Below, piece after piece: positions 60,131-64,000 of a DNA stretch of 64,000 bases. The notes below the pieces were generated by a model, which was not told the DNA's origin, ran no database searches, and was given only the letters and a program-made list of their open reading frames with translations. Positions within the stretch are counted from its first letter, which is position 1, and every line of letters begins with the position of its first letter. Origin of the DNA: Patescibacteria group bacterium (GTDB lineage: Bacteria; Patescibacteriota; UBA1384; XYA2-FULL-43-10; 1-14-0-10-43-13); contig JBAYHC010000004.1 of the NCBI GenBank assembly GCA_041666325.1, positions 929-64,928 on the forward strand, read 5' to 3'. The translations under genes and the position numbers were made by a program.

Positions 60131-61111
60131 TTAATTCTTATCAATTATAGCAGAACTTTTACCAATAGTTGCCAATAATAAATCCAGAGCCGTCGCCGGA
60201 TCAACCGCGCCTGTTTTTATGCTCAAATCCGTTCTAGCCAAAGAATGATAAATGTAGCACAGCCTTTCCGGGGCCATCAATCGCAATGAAACAAGTGCCT
60301 TCTTTACCACATAAGGATGGACAGCAGCAGATGAAGGAATCTCTCTTTCGGTCATACCTTTCTTTGATAAGTCGGAGACTATTAGGAGCGTTCGAAAGTG
60401 CGACACGATGAGAGAGAAGACTTTTATCTCGTCCTCCCCTTGAGTGGTCAGGGTTTTTAGGGCAGCAAATGCCCGCTTAATATTACCCGCGCCAAGAGCG
60501 TCAGTCAGCTCGAATACGGACAGAGTGGTCTCTGGATGCACGAGCTCATCAACGTCCTCCGACTTGATTATCAAGTTCTCCCTGGCCCGGCAGTAGAGAA
60601 CAAGTTTCTGGATTTCACTGTTAAGGCGCCAAAAATCAAAGCCGAGAAATTGCTCCAACCTAGCAACTGCCCGCGGATCAATCTGTCCCCCAAGCGACTC
60701 AACCCTTCCCTTGATCCAGTGCCTGAGCGCCACCCCCTCGGGCAAAGGAAACCTTTGGCTTCGCTTAGGTTGATTTAATAGCTTATACAGAGCGCCCCGC
60801 TTATCGGGTTCGCCATCCTCGATAAAGATTACTACTACGGAGTCAGATATTTTGGGCAGTGTTTCAGAGATAAATTTTTTGAGATTCTGATCGGAAGAGT
60901 CAGCCAAAGCACCTTTGATCTCGACTAATTTCTTGTCGCTAAAAAATCCAAGGCCAAAGATCGCCTCGGAATATTGAGATTGGGTTAGCGTTGCTCCCTG
61001 AAGACGAATTAAGCTGTATTCAGTGCCAGACCCAGAGAGAAAGCGTTGTTCTATCTCTCTTACCTTCTCGTTGATCGCAAATGTATTTTGTCCGTAGAAA
61101 AAATAAAACAT
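60131..61111 (-). CDS. holA: DNA polymerase III delta subunit
   Basis: N-terminus MFYFFYGQNTFAINEKV is HolA-like, with matching domain III helices. Confidence 0.7.
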   Translation of the reverse strand: MFYFFYGQNTFAINEKVREIEQRFLSGSGTEYSLIRLQGATLTQSQYSEAIFGLGFFSDKKLVEIKGALADSSDQNLKKFISETLPKISDSVVVIFIEDGEPDKRGALYKLLNQPKRSQRFPLPEGVALRHWIKGRVESLGGQIDPRAVARLEQFLGFDFWRLNSEIQKLVLYCRARENLIIKSEDVDELVHPETTLSVFELTDALGAGNIKRAFAALKTLTTQGEDEIKVFSLIVSHFRTLLIVSDLSKKGMTEREIPSSAAVHPYVVKKALVSLRLMAPERLCYIYHSLARTDLSIKTGAVDPATALDLLLATIGKSSAIIDKN

Positions 61112-61200
61112 AATATTCAGGCGTAAGGCGAAAGTTAGCAAGGAGAAAAAATATGTGGCTCTCTTGCACCTCTCACTTGAGCCTTTCACGCTTACGCCTT

Positions 61201-62460
61201 CTAATGCTTCGCATCCGCCCAGTTGTCGCCCGACCCAGCCTCGACCACAAGCGGTACACAGAGATCAACAACATTCTCCATCACCTCTTTGATTTCTTTG
61301 ATGGCCTCGACGACCCCATCTTCCAAAACCTCAAAAATCAACTCGTCGTGCACTGTCAGAACCATCGTCCACTTCCGTTCTCCGCCCTTAGCCCTTTTCC
61401 CTAACTCAATCATCGCAAGCTTCAAAACTTCTGCTGCGCTGCCCTGGACAGGAGCATTGACCGCCATTCTCTCCTCGGCCTCTGCGGCATTATGGTTAAA
61501 CGAATTGATGTTTGAAAACTCACGACGAAAACCAAAAAGTGTCTCGGTGTAACCTTGGTCTTTGGCCTGCTTGATCATGTCTCCGCAATACTTTTTGATA
61601 CCGATATGAGTCTCAAAATAGCGCCGAATATATTGAATGGCTTTGTCTCGGCTAATTCGGAGAGCCTCAGACAGTCCGTATGGGCTCATGCCGTAGAGCA
61701 CGCCAAAATTTACCGTTTTAGCGATGCGCCTCTGGTCTGAGGTTACTTTATCAATTTGGGTATCAAATATCTCCGCTGCAGTCGCAGCATGGACATCGCG
61801 CCCACCCTCAAAGGCTTGGAGCATAACCGGATCCTGGGCAAGGCAAGCAACAATTCGAAGCTCGATTTGAGAATAATCGGCCGAAATAATCTTTGACCCC
61901 TCTGGCGCGATGAAGGCCTTTCTGATCTCTGCTCCCCAATCCCCCTTGATAGGGATGTTTTGCAAATTTGGGTTTGCCGAAGTCAGTCGTCCCGTCGATG
62001 TTTCCTGTCCGTAGGTCGTATGCAGCCTACCGTCCTTCCCCACCATCTCAGGCAATGGCTTGAGATAAGTCGAAAGAAGCTTGGCCAGCTCTCGATATCC
62101 CAGGAGCGGCTCGACGATTGGATGCTGATCAATTAGCTTCATGAGCTCAGAGGCGCCAGTCGACACACCGGACTTAGTTCGTTTCAAATCCTTAGTTGGA
62201 AGATTAAGTTTTTCAAACAAAATAATTGATAATTGCTGCGGCGAATTGATATTGAACTCCTCGCCGGCAAAGTGGTGAATGGCAGAAACCAATCCCTCAA
62301 TTTTCCCCTCGATATTTTCCTCCAATTGGCGCAAAACATCGCAATCTATCAAAACACCGACCTTCTCCATTTCACGCAAAACAGGCTCAACTTGTTTGTT
62401 GATTTCTGCCGATGTTATCTTGGGCAGTATAACGCCCTTTTCAGTTAAGTGTTTCCACAT
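61201..62460 (-). CDS. polA: DNA polymerase I, polymerase (palm/fingers/thumb) domain only, as a separate ORF
   Basis: Motif A DYSQIELRIVA, motif B RRIAKTVNFGVLYGMS, motif C VHDELIFEV. No 3'-5' exonuclease domain upstream. Confidence 0.85.
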   Translation of the reverse strand: MWKHLTEKGVILPKITSAEINKQVEPVLREMEKVGVLIDCDVLRQLEENIEGKIEGLVSAIHHFAGEEFNINSPQQLSIILFEKLNLPTKDLKRTKSGVSTGASELMKLIDQHPIVEPLLGYRELAKLLSTYLKPLPEMVGKDGRLHTTYGQETSTGRLTSANPNLQNIPIKGDWGAEIRKAFIAPEGSKIISADYSQIELRIVACLAQDPVMLQAFEGGRDVHAATAAEIFDTQIDKVTSDQRRIAKTVNFGVLYGMSPYGLSEALRISRDKAIQYIRRYFETHIGIKKYCGDMIKQAKDQGYTETLFGFRREFSNINSFNHNAAEAEERMAVNAPVQGSAAEVLKLAMIELGKRAKGGERKWTMVLTVHDELIFEVLEDGVVEAIKEIKEVMENVVDLCVPLVVEAGSGDNWADAKH

Positions 62461-62534
62461 AGATTTGAAATACTAGGCCCTAGGGTCCCAGACCCCAAAT
62501 TTTAGGTTCTAGTCTTTGGAGTTTAGATTCTCGA

Positions 62535-63701
62535 TTAAAGTTCCAATCTTAGTTGATCATCTTTCTTCCCCTGTTCTTCCGTTCTTTGGTTTTTTGGTTC
62601 TTTGGTTTCTGCCCAACCCTTCGAGAAACGCATCAGCAATGATCTGAATTCTAGCTCCTCAAAGAGCTGGCGCAACTTGTCCTTATCATACTGCCCCCAA
62701 CGCGCGCCTTCAAGGTCAAACCCTATTGGCACATCGCGCCGGATAGTTGCGAGGTGCTGCGACATAAAAGCCTGATCCTTGTATTCGATGAGAAGTCTAA
62801 GAATGCGTTCCTTAATGCCAAGCTCTTTTGCCTTTACTTTTAGAATGTCATCCCTTATTCCTTCTTTATTATCCTGAACGTCGTCCCCTTTGTCATCCTG
62901 AACGTCAGTGAAGGATCTAGGCGAAGCCGCATGCGATCGCCGCGACGACCCAGATTCTTCGCGGAGTTTACCCTGAGCTTGTCGAGTGAGCTCAGAATGA
63001 TGTCCAGAAAGAGATTTCTCAATTTCTTGGTATATTTTCTCCAGCGTATCAAACCTCAAAAGCAATTCAGTCGCAGTCTTAGGTCCTATTCCAGGAATTC
63101 CGGGAATGTTATCTGATGCGTCCCCCATGAGGGCCTTCAAATCGATAAAATCTTTGGGTTCAAGATTGTAGACTTCCTTGAGATGACTGGTGTCAAAAAC
63201 TTCAGCCTCGCTAAAGCCATGCTTTAGCATCAAGACCCTGACATGGCCATTTAGAAGTTGGTAAACATCACGATCGCCCGAAGCAATGTACACGACTAAG
63301 TCGTCCCCTGGAACCTGACACTTTTTATTGTGGCCGTTACAAAACTCAACAATTGTTCCAATTACATCATCTGCCTCGAAGCCCTCGACGGCATAGATCG
63401 GAATGCCAAAAGCGGCAAGCATCTCGCGTACCCGAGGAATCTGATCATAGAGTTCCTGATCAGCCTTAACTCGAGTCGCTTTGTATTCCTTGTATTCGAT
63501 ATGACGAAAAGTCGGTGCTGCCAAATCAAAAGAAGCAGCGAGATAGTCTGGTTTGATTTCCTCAAGGATTTTGATCAGGGCCAGAGCAAAGCCATAGGTT
63601 ACGTTGGTCAACTCGCCCTTCTTGTTTGAGAGGTTCTTGGGCAAGGCATGGTACGCCCGATGAACGATGGCGTTAGAGTCTATCAAAACTAATGTTTTCA
63701 T
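62535..63701 (-). CDS. polA: DNA polymerase I 5'-3' exonuclease (FEN) domain ORF, carrying an in-frame insertion derived from the palindromic repeat
   Basis: MKTLVLIDSNAIVHRAYHAL, an acidic metal cluster and the H3TH motif. The Ser/Arg/Asp-rich segment ESGSSRRSHAASPRSFTDVQDDKGDDVQDNKEGIRDD sits where the repeat lies. Confidence 0.85.
   Translation of the reverse strand: MKTLVLIDSNAIVHRAYHALPKNLSNKKGELTNVTYGFALALIKILEEIKPDYLAASFDLAAPTFRHIEYKEYKATRVKADQELYDQIPRVREMLAAFGIPIYAVEGFEADDVIGTIVEFCNGHNKKCQVPGDDLVVYIASGDRDVYQLLNGHVRVLMLKHGFSEAEVFDTSHLKEVYNLEPKDFIDLKALMGDASDNIPGIPGIGPKTATELLLRFDTLEKIYQEIEKSLSGHHSELTRQAQGKLREESGSSRRSHAASPRSFTDVQDDKGDDVQDNKEGIRDDILKVKAKELGIKERILRLLIEYKDQAFMSQHLATIRRDVPIGFDLEGARWGQYDKDKLRQLFEELEFRSLLMRFSKGWAETKEPKNQRTEEQGKKDDQLRLEL
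62873..62968. repeat. Second, degenerate copy of the RPE/MITE-like repeat, lying in-frame inside the polA 5'-3' exonuclease ORF
   Basis: Shares gtcatcctgaacg...gaaggatctagg...gccgcatgcg...cgccgcg...agattcttcgc with 47971-48058. It also carries a short internal duplication (atcctgaacgtc twice). Confidence 0.45.
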
Positions 63702-63711
63702 TGAGGAGCAT

Positions 63712-64000
63712 TCATTTAATTAAATTTGCAACAATCTTTACCATAGTCTCTTTCTCGCTCGGACCAGAAACAGCCACAAGCAAGGCCAGTGAAACCAGAG
63801 CACGCTGATCGATATTAACTATACCATTTTGGTTCAAATAGTACACAAAGAGCATCGAAGCAATCCGCTTGTTGCCGTCATAGAAGGGATGGTCCTTGAT
63901 GACGAAATAAAGCAAGTGAGCCGCTTTCTCCTCAACGCTTTTGTAAAGATCCTCACCACCGAATGACTGATACAGATTGCCCAAAATACCGACAAATTTG
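63712..64000 (-). CDS. Doc/Fic-family toxin (death-on-curing type); the N-terminus lies beyond the right window edge
   Basis: HPFYDGNKRIASMLFVYYL matches the Doc motif HxFx(D/N)(A/G)NKR. Confidence 0.6.
   Translation of the reverse strand, partial: KFVGILGNLYQSFGGEDLYKSVEEKAAHLLYFVIKDHPFYDGNKRIASMLFVYYLNQNGIVNIDQRALVSLALLVAVSGPSEKETMVKIVANLIK

Noticed and set aside
1-64000. Search for a CRISPR array, cas genes, rRNA genes, and transposase/integrase/IS elements
   Set aside because: No regularly spaced direct repeats with unique spacers, no rRNA-like conserved blocks, and no recognisable transposase/integrase motifs (DDE, tyrosine recombinase R-H-R-Y) were seen in any frame. The only repeats are the RPE-like palindromic element and the leader hairpin family.

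Overview
This 64-kb window looks like part of a small, moderately low-GC bacterial chromosome with compact gene content. The gene set and several features (short housekeeping genes, a split DNA polymerase I lacking the 3'-5' exonuclease domain, RNase J with a basic N-terminal extension, many GIY-YIG/NUDIX/DUF genes) suggest a Patescibacteria/CPR-like organism, possibly Saccharibacteria-like. That placement is a low-confidence inference. Recognisable core genes are: ABC-2 exporter pair, bcp, dnaG-rpoD, recA-recX, ftsK, RNase J, rpsO-pnp, nrnA-like DHH, rpsT, lepB, holA, split polA, alr, ppsA, tmk-like, and tRNA-Asn(GTT) and tRNA-Ser(GGA). Between these are pieces that stand out. (1) A roughly 5-kb block of much higher GC (about 9.7-14.7 kb) encodes a four-gene operon ending in a membrane-anchored spermidine-synthase-like protein. 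It is preceded by a lipoprotein and a DUF350-like membrane protein, has a consensus sigma70 promoter and a strong terminator, and lies next to an accessory gene patch and tRNA-Asn. This is probably a horizontally acquired, actinobacterial-type speE-associated membrane cluster. (2) Two paralogous about 260-aa genes each carry the same TTGAC(C/G)-N17-TAAAAT promoter and a conserved leader hairpin that sequesters a GUG start; they flank a Cys-rich gene. (3) A NOX-type ferric-reductase/FAD/NAD oxidoreductase is in an operon with an exported cytochrome b5 domain protein. (4) A cohesin-domain and a dockerin-domain surface protein are adjacent. (5) A palindromic RPE-like repeat occurs once intergenically and once as an in-frame insertion inside the polA 5'-3' exonuclease gene. 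(6) Long imperfect purine-arm/pyrimidine-arm hairpin elements recur in the 5' leaders of minus-strand housekeeping genes. (7) Several higher-GC orphan genes each carry their own terminators. (8) A Doc/Fic toxin fragment sits at the right edge. No CRISPR array, rRNA, transposase or integrase was recognised.
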